Of a stretch of 64,000 nucleotides of DNA, positions 1 to 34,017 are shown piece after piece. The DNA is taken from the NCBI RefSeq assembly GCF_009914755.1, contig NC_060940.1; one strand, given 5' to 3'. The notes beneath the pieces are model-generated. The model did not search any database. It saw only the letters and a list, made by a program, of their open reading frames with translations, and had not been told where the DNA came from. Source of the stretch: the human T2T-CHM13v2.0 reference genome, Homo sapiens. Every line of letters begins with the position of its first letter. The stretch's first letter is position 1. A program made the position numbers and the translations under genes.

Positions 1-164
1 TCCGGCTCCTAGTTCTTGGGCCAGTTTTACCATGTGCCAGTTCCCCCGAACCAGTTTCTCCCATTGGAAGGTTTTGTCTCTCTGCACAGCTCTGACCTCT
101 GCCTGTGTTGCTCTTTCCCCAGAGCCTTGCCTGGCTGACTTCTACTCCTCCCTCATGTGGCAGG

Positions 165-1260
<1,096 letters not shown>

Positions 1261-1265
1261 ATCAC

Positions 1266-3172
1266 TTTATATATATATATTTATATATATATATTTATAT
1301 ATATTTATATATATATTTATATATATTTATATATATATTTATATATATTTATATATATATATTTATATATATTTATATATATTTATATATATTTATATAT
1401 ATATTTATATATATTTATATATATATTTATATATATTTATATATATTTATATATATATTTATATATATTTATATATATTTATATATATTTATATATATAT
1501 TTATATATATTTATATATATATAATTTTTATATATTTATATATATAATTTTTATATATATTTATATATATTATTTATATATATAATTTATATATATTTAT
1601 ATCTATAATTTATATATATATTTATACCTATAATTTATATATATATATAATTTTTATATATATTTATATATATAATTTTTATATATATTTATATATAATT
1701 TATATATATTTATATATATATTTATATATTTATATATATAAATATATATTTATATATTTATATATATAAATATATATTTATATATATATTTATATATTTA
1801 TATATATTTATATATTTATATATAAATATATATATATATATTTATGTATTTATATATAAATATATATTTATATATATATTTATATATTTATATATATTTA
1901 TATATTTATATATAAATATATATATATATATTTATATATTTATATATAAATATATATATATATATTTATATATATATTTATATATTTATATATATTTATA
2001 TATTTATATATAAATATATATATATATATTTATATATTTATATATAAATATATATATATATATTTATATATTTATATATAAATATATATTTATATATATA
2101 TTTATATATTTATATATATATTTATATATTTATATATAAATATATATTTATATATATATTTATATATTTATATATAAATATATATTTATATATATATTTA
2201 TATATTTATATATAAATATATATTTATATATATATTTATATATTTATATATATATATATTTATATATATATTTATATATTTATATATATATATATTTATA
2301 TATATATTTATATATTTATATATAAATATATATTTAAATATATATTTATATATTTATATATAAATATATATTTATATATATATTTATATATTTATATATA
2401 AATATATATTTATATATAAATATATATTTATATATATATTTATATATTTATATATAAATATATATTTATATATATATTTATATATTTATATATAAATATA
2501 TATTTATATATATATTTATATATTTATATATAAATATATATTTATATATATATTTATATATTTATATATAAATATATATTTATATATATATTTATATATT
2601 TATATATAAATATATATTTATATATATATTTATATATTTATATATAAATATATATTTATATATATATTTATATATAAATATATAAATATATATTTATATA
2701 TATATTTATATATAAATATATAAATATATATTTATATATATATTTATATATTTATATATAAATATATATTTATATATATATTTATATATTTATATATAAA
2801 TATATATTTATATATATATTTATATATAAATATATATTTATATATAAATATATATTTATATATAAATATATATTTATATATAAATATATATATAAATATA
2901 TATTTATATATAAATATATAAATATATATAAATATATATTTATATATAAATATATAAATATATATTTATATATATATTTATTTATATATATTTACATATA
3001 TTTATATATATATTTACATATATTTATATATATATTTACATATATTTATATATATTTACATATATTTACATATATTTTATATATTTACATATATATTTAC
3101 ATATATTTTTATATATTTTATATATATTTATATATATTTTTATATATTTTTATATATATATTTTTATATTTT

Positions 3173-3205
<33 letters not shown>

Positions 3206-3211
3206 GTATAT
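1266..3211. repeat. ~1.9 kb (TA)n-derived AT-rich minisatellite
   Basis: Almost only A/T; units such as ATATATATTT and TTTATATATAAA, with TTTACATATA variants near the 3' end. Confidence 0.98.
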
Positions 3212-4353
3212 TTGAGACAGGGTCTCGCTCTATTGCCCAGGCTGGAGTGCAGAGTGGCATGAGCTTGACTAAGTGCAGCCTCACCCTCCTGGGCTCAAGT
3301 GATCCTCTCACCTTAGCCTCCTGAGTAGCTGGGACTGTAGGCAACGCACCATCATGCCTGGCTAATTTTGTTCATTTTTTGTAGAGACAGGGTCTCACTA
3401 TGTTGCCTAGGCTGGTCTCAAATTCCTGGCCCCAAGTGATCCTCCCACCTTGGCCTCCCAAAGTTCTGGGATTGCAAGACTGAGCCACTACGCTCAGCCT
3501 TAGCTTTGTTATTAATTTGGAAGGCTTTTACATCTGTTTCCCAACTGATGGGAGTAAAGACATGCCCTTGCTATGTAGGTCTAAGAAGCAGCTGCAGACA
3601 TGGCTTACATACCCCCAGCCCCCATTCCTTCCTCTCTCAGTTGCTCTTCCTTGAACCATACCTGCCCCCCCCCCCAACGTCCTCTTCTCTCTGCCCAAGG
3701 GCTGGCGTCTTGGTTGTTTTCTCTTTTAAGCCAGGCTCTAAGTGTTTACTTCTCTTGTTCTATAATGATTTCTCCCTTTCCCAGAGACATGTGACATTTT
3801 TCAGCTCCTTATTCTTTTTTCCAAGGGCCTTTATCTGCTCCACTCCCATCTCACCAAGGCCAACCACATTTGTTATCCTCAGAGGCATGCTTTTTATCCA
3901 TTTTACCCTGTGCACAGCAGCTGGCCCCTACATAAATGAGCTACATTCTCAGCAGCTTTAAGGAAAGAAACTTGAAAGAAGGGGGAACCAAGAAGATATA
4001 AAGTTGGGCACCCCTTCTAATAAGGCTTCGAAAGCAGGGGTCACATGGAAAGGCAAGGACTTTCTTTTTTTTTTCTGAGATGGAGTCTCACTCTGTCACC
4101 AGAACGCAATGGCCTGATCTCAGCTGACTGCAACCTCCGCCTCCCAGGTTCAAGCAATTCTCCTGCCTCAGCCTCCCAAGTAGCTGGGACTATAGGCACG
4201 CACTACCACACCGAGCTAATTTTTGTATTTTTAGTAGACATGGGTTTTCGCCATGTTGGCCAGGCTGGTCTCAAACTCCTGACCTCAAGTGGTCCACCCG
4301 CCTCGGCCTCCCAAAGTGCTGGGATTATAGGCATAAGCCACCACTCCCAGCCG
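3212..4353 (-). mobile_element. Two minus-strand Alus (AluJ-like 3212-3500; AluS-like 4061-4353)
   Basis: Alu consensus with poly-T ends. Confidence 0.9.
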
Positions 4354-4416
4354 ACTCTGTCTTTAAAAAAAAAAAAAAATCCGTATTCCTTTTCGTGTTT
4401 TTATGGGTCATGGGGT

Positions 4417-5277
<861 letters not shown>

Positions 5278-5576
5278 GGGTCACAGATTTTTTTCTCTCC
5301 TCCCTAAAGCTCTTCCCCTGGTCCACCCATCTTTTTTTACCTGCAGGTATATTTGCACAGAGAAACCAGAACTAACAAAAATCTACAGTTATGACCATTA
5401 TCAATACCCAGTTTCGGAAAGTTTCTGTGGAAACTCCCTATGATCAGACAAAAATATTGGCCTGTGCATAGGAATTCAGTAGTGGCCATTTCAAAAGCAA
5501 AGTCTATAGAAAGATGTTAAAATGAAAATAAATACACTAGCAAAAAAAAAAAAAAAAAAAAAAAAACCCCAGCTCA

Positions 5577-6251
<675 letters not shown>

Positions 6252-6924
6252 ATCCTTAAGACAACTACTCTAGCCAACCACAGTGGCTCATGCCTGTAAT
6301 CTCAGCACTTAAGGAGGTCGAGGCGGGTGGATCATTTGAGGTCAGTGGTTTGAGAACAGCCTGGCCAACATGGTGAAACCCCATCTCCACTAAAAATACA
6401 GAAGTTAGCTGGATATAAAAGTGTTATTCTCTTTTATAAATGAGAACATTGAGGGGTACAGAGGGCTACTAGCTGTGGCATTCAGTATACCATGCTTAGC
6501 CAGGAGATTTTATGGAGGGAATGGTGGGTGTAGGTCAATCTGCCATACATGCAGCCACTTCTTCTCAATCAGTGGTCACTTAATCCTCTCCTTGTACCTC
6601 AACTTCATTTAGAGGATAATTAACTACCGTAGGAGTGAAAAGGTAATAAGTTATCCTCACCCATTACAAGGGTCATTGCCAACACTCCTACAACAAAAGA
6701 CAGATTAATAAGAGAAAAACATAACAAATGAATTTAACAAAATTTTGCATGACACGAGAGCCTTCAGAAACAAAGACCCAGAGGAAACTGTATTTTTATG
6801 CTGAGATTCACTGGAAAATGAACAGTTGTGTACAAAGATGATTTGACAAGAAGAGTATGATCTACTGTTAATAAACTGGGGGTGGTGCAGGGCCTCTGGG
6901 CATAGAGCAGGATCTCTCTGGAAT

Positions 6925-7790
<866 letters not shown>

Positions 7791-7827
7791 GAATGAGGAT
7801 CTTAGGTCCTACTTTCAGGCAAGGTAA

Positions 7828-8567
7828 TGTAACTGTGTAACAGATTCTCCTTGCCCACTGCCTCGACAGAGCCAATTTAAACTGATGCATTAAGACAGGG
7901 GAATTGCAATAAAGAAAGAGTTTAATTCACACTGAGCCAGCTGTACGAGAGACCAGAGTTTTAATATTACTCAAATCAGGCTGCCCAGAAACTCAGGGAT
8001 TGGGGTTTTTAAGGATAATTGGATGGGTGGACATTTGGAAGGTGGAGAGTGCTGATTGGTTAGGTCAGAGATGAAGTCATAGGGAGTGGAAGCTGTCCTT
8101 TTGCGCTGAGTCAGTTACTGGGTAGGGGCCACTAGACCAGATGAGCCAGTCTATCGATCTGGGTGGTACCAGCTGATCCATCAGGTACAAGGTCTGCAAA
8201 ATATATCAAACACTGATCTTACGTTTTATGATAGTGATGTTACCCCCAGGAGCAATTTGGAGAGGTTCAGAATCTTGCACCCTCTAGCTACATGACCCCT
8301 AAACCATAATTTCTAATCTTGTGGCTAGTTTGTTGGTCCTGCAAAGGCAGTCTAGTCCCCAGGCCGGAAGGGGGTTTGTTTTGGGAAAAGGCTGTTATCA
8401 TCTTTGTTTCTAAGTTAAACTATAAATTAAGTTTCTCCCATAGTTTAGCCTATGCCCAGGAATGAACAAGGACAGCTTGGAGGAGAGAACCAAGATGGAG
8501 TCGGTTGGGTCAGATCTCTTTCACTGTTATAATTTTCTCAGTTATAATTTTTGCAAAGGCACTTGCA
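7828..8567 (-). mobile_element. LTR8-family solo LTR
   Basis: AAGACAGGGGAATTGCAATAAAGAAAGAG...TACTCAAATCAG; ends CTCAGTTATAATTTTTGCAAAGGC. Confidence 0.8.
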
Positions 8568-8731
8568 ATCAGCCAGAGAATTCCTTTATGGCCGGCTCTC
8601 ACACTGAAAGGTAGGGGAGGGTCAGAGCCGCTTTCTTGCTTCTGAGGCTATTTCAGTTGCCAAGATGCCACATATCGGAGTATCATGTTCTGAGAACCAA
8701 CAGGAGTAACCTTCAAGGCCTCTCAAGGTGA

Positions 8732-9355
<624 letters not shown>

Positions 9356-9390
9356 AGAACCCACATATTCTTCTTTGCCTGTATTCCAAG

Positions 9391-9720
9391 TGAAGAGCAT
9401 CAGGACATGCTACCCTAAAATATGCCACTTTGACATAAGAATTATTTTGAGCTGAAGGCATTTCATTTTCTAAAACCCCTAAAATAAGTCAAAGAAACTC
9501 AATTGTCATAAATCCCCTTCCCAGGAACAATTCTACTCTTCTCAGAGAGGAGTCGCCAGCACACCCAAGCACTCATTGTCACAAGACCATCATATCTCCT
9601 ATCTGTTCTCATAAGGGCCCATTCATCCTTCCAAAAAGTCATTTGCTTTTCCATAAATGCCCTTTCACTGCCCCCTCCCACCTGTCCTCTGCTAAGTTAG
9701 GTATTATAGAGCCCCCAATT
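9391..9720 (+). mobile_element. MER34-like LTR 5' part
   Basis: TGAAGAGCATCAGGACATGCTACCCTAAAATATGCCACTTTGACATAAGAATTATTTTGAGCTGAAGGCA. Confidence 0.7.
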
Positions 9721-9729
9721 TTTATGTAT

Positions 9730-10128
<399 letters not shown>

Positions 10129-10155
10129 TAGAGCCCAGATTCTAACCACTGCTTT

Positions 10156-11352
<1,197 letters not shown>

Positions 11353-11403
11353 TCAGTAACCACAAACGAGCCACAGGATAAGAACTGTGGCTCCCAAGTC
11401 TGA

Positions 11404-13667
<2,264 letters not shown>

Positions 13668-13712
13668 TCAGAAAGCCCATGATTTTGTGCTATGAAATCA
13701 AAAGGCTGGACC

Positions 13713-15383
<1,671 letters not shown>

Positions 15384-15689
15384 ACTTTTTGTGGGGCCTG
15401 TTATGTTTTTAAGGAGACACCCTGGGAGGAAGGAGGAGAAGGCCATCGCCTCCCCCCTCATTACTAAACAAAAAAAAGGTTGCTCCCCTTGTCCCTCCTC
15501 TGTCCCACTGGTGCCTCTTCTGTCAATTCTGCCAAGATTCCACCCTCAACTCCAAATCAAGAAATGCATCTGAGGCCACTATATGTGTAAAAAACCTTCC
15601 TGAAGGGCAGGAGAACTCAGGAGGCATTATACATTTCATCCATGCACTATCAACCAACACTGGGGAGCCACAAACAAAGGGAGGGACTT

Positions 15690-16288
15690 TTATTTTATTT
15701 TATTTTTATTTTTTTGACACAGAGTCTCGCTTTGTCATCCAGGGTAGAGTCCAGTGGCACGATCTCAGCTTACTGAAAGCTCTGCCTCCAGGGGTTCAAG
15801 TGATTCTCCTGCCTCAGCCTCCCGAGTAGCTTGGATTACAGACATGCGCCACCACACCCGGCTCATTTTGTATTTTTAGTGGAGACGGGGCTTCACCATG
15901 TTGGCCAGGCTGGTCTCGAACTCCTGACCCTGTGATCTGCCCATGTCGGCTTCCCAAAGTGCTGGGATGACAAGCGTGAGCCACCGTGCCCCGCCCATTT
16001 TATTTTTGAGACAGAGTCTCGATCTGTCACCCAGGCTGGAGTGCAGTGGAGTGATCTCAGCTCCATGCAATCTCCACCTCCCAGATTCAAATGATTCTCC
16101 CACCTCAGCCTCCTGAGTAGCTGGGACTACAGGCATCCGCCATCATGCCCGGCTAATTTTTGTATTTTTGTAGAGATGGGGTTTCCCCATGTTGGCCAGG
16201 CTGGTCTGGCATTCCTGACCTCAGGTGATCCACCATCCTTGGCCTCCCAAAGTGCTGGAATTACAGGCGTGAGTCACTGCACCTGGCC
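15690..16288 (-). mobile_element. Two tandem AluS
   Basis: Alu consensus. Confidence 0.9.
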
Positions 16289-16461
16289 CAGGAAGGCATT
16301 TTAATCAGGGTTTTTATGCATTGCAATTTGGGAGAAACAAATCTAGCAAGTAGCTAAAACGTGTTTCAGCCAGGCAAGACTCTAGGCAGGGGTTTCTAAA
16401 GGTTTACTGCAAGTTTACCTAAGCGGAAGACAGTAGCACAGTCTGTGATTGACACATGACC

Positions 16462-17345
<884 letters not shown>

Positions 17346-17567
17346 TTGTTTTTTTCATTTGTTTGTTTTTTCCTCCCCCTATAGGCCAGCTGACAGCTTA
17401 GAAAGACTCTAGGCCATGATCAGCTTAAAATTCAGCACAGCTGTGTCTTCAGGAGGTTCGTGATCTGCCCCAGTGTGAGCAGTTCAAACCCAATGAAGCT
17501 GCTTCTCCAGAACGTTTGCGATCTGGCCCAGTTCAAACAGGTCAGATCCCTCTGGATCCATATATGA

Positions 17568-19067
<1,500 letters not shown>

Positions 19068-19197
19068 AAGTTCTTTAAGTGCACTTCCTCTTAAGTGCAC
19101 TTCCAAAATTCACATCCAAAATAGTTTTAAAACTAAATTGATTTTTTTCCCCAGTGAACTCATTTGGTAGCAAAGCCTGACTTGTGACTATTTATGG

Positions 19198-20285
<1,088 letters not shown>

Positions 20286-20523
20286 GCAAGCTAGGGCTGG
20301 CTGTCAGCTGGGAACCCAGCCAGGTCTGGGAGGGAGGGGTTCAGTTCCTTTCCACACCAGCTCTCTGCAGGCTATACGGGCTTCCTCACAGCATGGTGGC
20401 TGGGTTCCTAGACCAAGGGACAAGAAGCAAAAGCTGCCCCTGTCTAAAGGTGGGCCCAGAAGCTAGCACAGCATCAATTCTACTTCATTCTAGTGGTTGA
20501 GTCATTAAATATGAGTATCCACA

Positions 20524-21263
<740 letters not shown>

Positions 21264-21317
21264 ATCTTCTAAAAAAGTGCAAAGTGCTCCTCCTTTGTGT
21301 TTACCTGCAGTGCATAG

Positions 21318-21778
21318 TGTTACACACATCTTTATAAGGGAACACCTGAGTAGGATTAGTGTGAGCAACAAGGCTGTTTACTTGGGTGCAAGTCGGCTGA
21401 GTCTGAGAAAGGAGTCAATGAAGGGTGGTGGGAGTGGAACTGGTTTTATAGGTTTGGGGTAGGAAGAGGAAAGTTACATTTAGGGGCAGTTTTTTTGGGC
21501 AGGGGAAGAATGTCATAAGATGCATAGTCATGAGGTAGGGGGAGGTCACAAGGCACCGTATCACAAGGTCGATTGATTAGTTAGGGTAGGGCAGGAACAT
21601 ATGACAATGGTGGAATGTTGCAAATTTTGTTAATCAGTTAAGGCAGGAACTAGCTGTTTCTTCTTCTTTAGTGGTTCTCTTGTTGCTCCAGGCTTTGTGA
21701 CTCCAGGAGGCCTGTATGTGTGGGTCACAGGGGTCACAATGGCTTGACCATGGTGTAGCCCATTCAGAGGACCTTACA
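21318..21778 (-). mobile_element. LTR7C-like (HERV-H-related) solo LTR
   Basis: Minus strand TGTAAGGTCCTCTGAATGGGCTACACCATGGTCAAGCCATTGTGACCCCTGTGACCC...GTTCCTGCCTTAACTGATT; 5-bp flanks CATAG/TGTAG. Confidence 0.75.
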
Positions 21779-21822
21779 TGTAGAGAACCTTACTTTTTTA
21801 AGAATTAACTTTAAGGTGGTAT

Positions 21823-22384
21823 TGAAGCAGAAGACATAAAAAGAAAAACAAGTTTTCCTGTACTAGGCTGACTCACTCAAAGGCCCAGCAATGGGCAGGG
21901 CTCTGTTGGGACTTTGATAGCACTATCTACAGAGGCAGGGCCCAGAAGGGATGGGATCCAGAGCCTCTCCCTCCCATCCCAGAGCAGGGATGAAGAAAAC
22001 AAGTTTTTCTTTCAGCTTCCCCCTTCAGATTCTTCCCCCTTACCGTTGTTCCTTGTTCTGTTCTCATAATTATTTTTGCAAGTTTTGTAAGTTCCTGTTT
22101 TTCCCTTCTGTGCAGCACGGCAAGGTCACAAGATAAGTTTGAGTTCTAAAACCTATCACTGTTTGACAAACTGCCTTTGTTCTGCTTCTGTAAGCTCGCT
22201 TGCCTGCTCTACAGGTTTCGCGCCATCAAACCGGCCAACCCCATTTCAGATGCATGTATAAAAGTCAAGCCCTGTCTTTGCTCAGGGCTCAGCCTTTGGA
22301 TGTTAATCCACTGGGCTGGTGCTCACCTAATAAAATCCTCATGTCCCACCCATTGGTCTCTCCTGTCCCTTGATTCCTGCAACA
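21823..22384 (+). mobile_element. ERV1 solo LTR (LTR4/LTR15-related group; family uncertain)
   Basis: TGAAGCAG...TATAAAA...AATAAAA...GATTCCTGCAACA; flanks GTAT/GTGT. Confidence 0.75.
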
Positions 22385-22414
22385 GTGTAACTTATAATAA
22401 AATTCCCCTATTTT

Positions 22415-23893
<1,479 letters not shown>

Positions 23894-23894
23894 T

Positions 23895-24378
23895 CTGGGC
23901 TGCATTCCCAGATGGTTAAGGCATTCTAAGTCACAGGATGAGACAGGAGCTCAACACAAAATACAGGTCATAAAAACTTTGCTGATAAAACAGTTTGCAG
24001 TAAAGGAGCTGGCCAAAACCCAGCAAAACCAAAATGGTGATGAGAGTGACCTCTGGTCATCCTCACTGCTACACTCCCACTAGCGCCATGACAGTTTACA
24101 AATGTCATGGTAATGTCAGGAAGTTGCCCTATATGGTCTAAAAAGGGGAGGCATGAATAATCCACCCCTTGTGTAGCATATTATCAAGCAATAACCATAA
24201 AAATGGACAACCAGCAGCTTTCACAGCTGGTCTGTCTACAGAGTAGCCATTCTTTTATTCCTTTACTTTCTTAATAAATTTGCTTTTACTTTGCTGTGCG
24301 GACTCTCCCTGAATTCCTTCTTGCGTGAGATCCAAGAACCCTCTCTTGGGGTCTGAATCGGGACCCCTGTGCTGTAAT
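23895..24378 (+). mobile_element. MER41A LTR, 5' ~65 nt missing
   Basis: CTGGGCTGCATTCCCAGATGGTTAAGGCATTCTAAGTCACAGGATGAG through GATCCAAGAACCCTCTCTTGGGGTCTG. Confidence 0.9.
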
Positions 24379-24379
24379 G

Positions 24380-25718
<1,339 letters not shown>

Positions 25719-25724
25719 AGTGAT

Positions 25725-25939
25725 ACAGCTGCAGATCAAGGAATGCCAAGGAACACCTGGAGCCACCTTTCTAGAAGAGGTGAGGAAGGATCCTCCCCTG
25801 AGGCCTTCAGAGCAAGCATGGCCCGACCAACACCTTGAATGCAGACTCCAAGCCTTCTAAACTGTAAGAGAATACATTTTTGTTTTTTCAGGTCACCCCA
25901 TTTGTAGTAATTTGTTATGGTTGCCCTAGGAAATGAATA
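25725..25939 (+). mobile_element. MLT1 (B/C) MaLR LTR 3' half
   Basis: AACTGTAAGAGAATACATTTTTG...TTTGTTATGGTTGCCCTAGGAAATGAATA. Confidence 0.75.
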
Positions 25940-27196
<1,257 letters not shown>

Positions 27197-27502
27197 TAGC
27201 CAGGATGGTCTCAATCTCGTGACCTGGTGATCTGCTGGCCTCAGCCTCCGAAAGTGCTGGGGTTACAGGTGCAAACCACCACACCTGGCCTATGTAATGT
27301 CTTTGAGATTCATCTGTGTTTTTGTATTGCTCCTTTTCATTGCTCAGTAGGATTCCATTCAAGAATGTGCGTAAATTTGTCCAATTTTGTGTTGTGGATA
27401 TTAAAATTGTTTCCAGAATAAATCTGCTAATGATATTCATCTCAAACATTTTTTGTGACTGTAGCTCTCTGGGATAGATACCTAGATATGAAAATGCTGA
27501 GT

Positions 27503-27880
27503 ATGCAGCCATAAAGAAGAACAAAATCATGTTCTTTGCAGCAACATGGATGCAGTTGGAGGCAATTATCCCAAGGGAATTAATGCAGGAACAGAAAACC
27601 AAATACCGCGTGTTCTGACTTTTGAGTGGGAGCTGAACACTGGTTACTCATGGACATAAAGGTGCCAACAGTAGACACTGGAGACTCCTAGAAAGGGGAG
27701 GCAGGAGAGGAGGCAAGGGCTGAAAAACTCTCTATTGTGTATTATGCTCAGTACCTGGGTGATGGAATCAATTGGACCCCAAATCTCAACATCACACAAT
27801 ATGCCCAGGTAACAAACTTGGTCGTGTACCCCTGAATCTAAAACAAAAGTTGAAAGTATTTTAAAAAGAAAGAAAAAAAG
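27503..27880 (+). mobile_element. L1PB-type 3' end inserted in an older minus-strand L1M
   Basis: GCAGCCATAAAGAAGAACAAAATCATGTTCTTTGCAGCAACATGGATG...CCCTGAATCTAAAACAAAAGTTG followed by an A-rich tail. Confidence 0.85.
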
Positions 27881-28214
27881 AAATGGCTGAGTGGTATGGT
27901 AAATTTATGTTTAATTTTATTTAAAAACAAAACAGAAAAGCTGCCAAACTGTTTTCCAAAGTGGTTGCACCATTTTATGTTTCCACCAGCAGTGCGTGAG
28001 AATCCGGCTGCTGTACATCTTCCCCAACACTTGGTACTGCCAGTCGTTTTAATTGTTGCCTTTCTAGAGGATGTATAATGTCATCATATCATGGTTTTAT
28101 ATGGGATTTCTCTGATGACTGTGAGGACTGTGTTGAGCACCTTTTCATGTCATTATAAGTCATTCCTAGGTAAAGTGGAATAAGTTAACTTAAATACAAA
28201 GGCAAAAAACAACT

Positions 28215-28597
28215 TTATTAGTCTGTTCTTGCATTGCTATAAAGCACTACCTGAGACTGGATAACTCATAAAGAAAAGAGATTTAATTGGCTCATGGTTC
28301 TGCAGGCTGTACAAGAAACACGGCTGGGGAGGCCTCAGGAAACTTACAGTCACGGCAGAAGGCAAAGGGGAAGCAGGTACATCTTACATGGCTGGAGAAT
28401 GAGGAAGAGAGAGAAGGAAGAGGTGCCACCCACTTTTAAACAACCGGATCTTGTGAGAACTCACTCACTATCATGAGAACACCAAAGGGGGAGTTTGCCC
28501 CCATGATCCAATCACCTCCCACCATACCCCTCCTCCAACATTGGGAATTACAATTTGACATGATATTTGGGCAGGGACACAAATCCAAACCATGTCA
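28215..28597 (-). mobile_element. MSTA-like MaLR LTR
   Basis: TATTAGTCTGTTCTTGCATTGCTATAAAG...ACAAATCCAAACCATGTCA. Confidence 0.85.
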
Positions 28598-28764
28598 GTA
28601 ACCAAATTTTGAAAAGCTCACAAGCTTCCAACTTGTGCCCCAGAATCTCTAGGCAATGGATTAAAGGATGCATGCCTCTACTGGATAGTGTTGTCTACTT
28701 CCTGATGTCCAGAGGTGTGGTGAAGCCTCTCCTAGCATCCTCAGTTTGTAGAAAAGACTATGCA

Positions 28765-30040
<1,276 letters not shown>

Positions 30041-30059
30041 GAAACAGATTGATTACTTT

Positions 30060-30911
<852 letters not shown>

Positions 30912-30912
30912 T

Positions 30913-31130
30913 AACAGGAATTCCGTCATCGTGAGGCAATGCAGGTTTTGTACAAACGTGACCCTGAAGCAGAAATCCCTAACACAGAGTGAGTTACGGC
31001 ATGTGATGAAAACTGTTATGCAGTAGAACTTGATACATGACTGATCTGAATGGATGTTTTAAGATGTATAGTTTGTTCTATCACAGGAATAGCACATGTT
31101 AAGTAGGGGCCACTTCGTCAGTCTATGTCC
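30913..31130 (+). mobile_element. Possible ancient hAT/Charlie transposase fragment
   Basis: Decayed translation ELRHVMKTVMQ*NLI ... LFYHRNST[w]LSRG resembles hAT HVM..VVK.VN.I and LYHTEVRWLSRG motifs. Confidence 0.35.
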
Positions 31131-31188
31131 AGCTACATCCAGCAATGGAAAGAAGCATCTGGCAGAAGAGCCATCACTGACCTGCAAC

Positions 31189-31618
31189 TGTTGTGGGTTT
31201 CACTGTGTCCCCTAAAAAAGGTACATTCAATTCCTAGTCCCCACTACCTGTGAATGTGACCTTGTTTGAAGATAAGGTATTTGCAGTTATAATTAAGTTA
31301 AAATATGAAGTCATACTGGATTAAGGTAGGTTTTAAATCTCATATGACTGGTGACCTTACGAGAAGAGAGAACACATGGAGACACATAGTCAAGAAGGCC
31401 AAGAGCCTCCATTGGGAGGCAAAGACTAGAGTGATGTAGGTAAGAACTCCAAAGACTGCGGCAACCAGCAGAAGCTAGCGGAGAGGCAAGGAACAGATCC
31501 TTCCTTAGAGCATCCCGAAAGAACCTGCCCTGCTGAAAACTCAATTTCAACTCCTAACCTCCAAAACTGTGAGACAATACAATTCTGTTGTTTTAAGCCT
31601 CCCAGTCGGTGGGACTTA
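31189..31618 (+). mobile_element. MLT1C MaLR LTR
   Basis: TGTTGTGGGTTTCACTGTGTCCCCTAAAAAAGG...AACTGTGAGACAATACAATTCTGTTGTTTTAAGCC. Confidence 0.85.
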
Positions 31619-31794
31619 AAATAGGCAGGGCTGGGTGTCATGCCTGTAATCCCAGCACTTTGGGAGGCTGAGGCAGGCAGATTGGTTGATTTTAGGAGTT
31701 TGAGACGAGCCTGGCCAACATTGCGAAACCCTGTCTCTACCAAAAATACCAAATTTAGCTGGGCATAGTGGCGTGCACCTCTAGTCCTGACATT

Positions 31795-31953
31795 TGAAGA
31801 CTGTGCCTGCGTCCCCTTCTTCTTCCACCATAACTGTTAAGTTTCCTGAGGCCTCCCAGACATGTGGAACTGTAAGTCAATTACACTTCTTTTGTTTATA
31901 ACTTACCCAGTCTCAGGTAGTTCTTTACAGCAGTGTGAAAATGCACTAACACA
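31795..31953 (+). mobile_element. THE1/MST LTR 3' half, preceded by a partial Alu (31629-31790)
   Basis: TAAGTTTCCTGAGGCCTCCCAG...TTACCCAGTCTCAGGTAGTTCTTTACAGCAGTGTGAAAATG. Confidence 0.85.
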
Positions 31954-32581
31954 GTATTATTTTACTACCTCTACTTTTAACACACTTCTTGTACTTTTAA
32001 AGATCTAGAGGCTGGGTGAGGTGGCCCACACCTGTAATCCCAGCATTTTGGGAGGTCGAGGCAGGAGGATTGCTTGAGCCCAGGAATTGGAAACCAGCCT
32101 GGGCAACACAGTGAGACCCCATCTCCAGAGAAATTTTAAAATTAACCAGGTGTAGTGATATATGCCTGTGGTCCCAGCTACTTGGGAGGCTAAGACAGGA
32201 GGATCCCTTGAGACCAGTAGTTTGAGGCTGCAGTGATCTCTGATCAAGCCACTGGGCAACAGAATGACACCCTGTCTCACACAAAAAAAAAAATCTAGAA
32301 AGGCTTGATGTTTCAAACAATGGCTTAATTTTGCCTACTATATATACAGTAGTATTAAATCAACTTCACATATAACAATGGTTATATCTGAAAGTGGCTT
32401 CTAATCAGGAACAGTCTGGTCTATAATTCATTTCTCCCAATTTTTTCTTTCTGAAACCAATCCAATGAATGAGATGTGTTTTTACAATTTCATTTCCAAT
32501 AGTCAGTATCAAAAGACAGCCTAAGTACTTTAACGCTAAATGAACAAAATGTGTTAGTCTACTGCCACTATTTTTGTCATT

Positions 32582-33800
<1,219 letters not shown>

Positions 33801-34017
33801 GTATATACAGTATAGCAAAGTTTAAAGAAGTGCAGCTACTATACCAGGCAACAAGTCATCTGAAATCTTGTAGTACACACTAGCAAAACATCTTTTGCAA
33901 TTTCTTCCCTCTAATCTCCCTCAACCAAATGAGCAAGTACCAAGGTGGTTTGAACAATTAACAAACAACTTGCAACTATTCCATTGCAAAATAATATTTC
34001 CCATCAATTTTTAAAAA

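Noticed and set aside
3506-3961. 151-aa ORF in apparently unique sequence
   Set aside because: Non-ATG start, pyrimidine-rich composition, no recognisable domain or splice structure.
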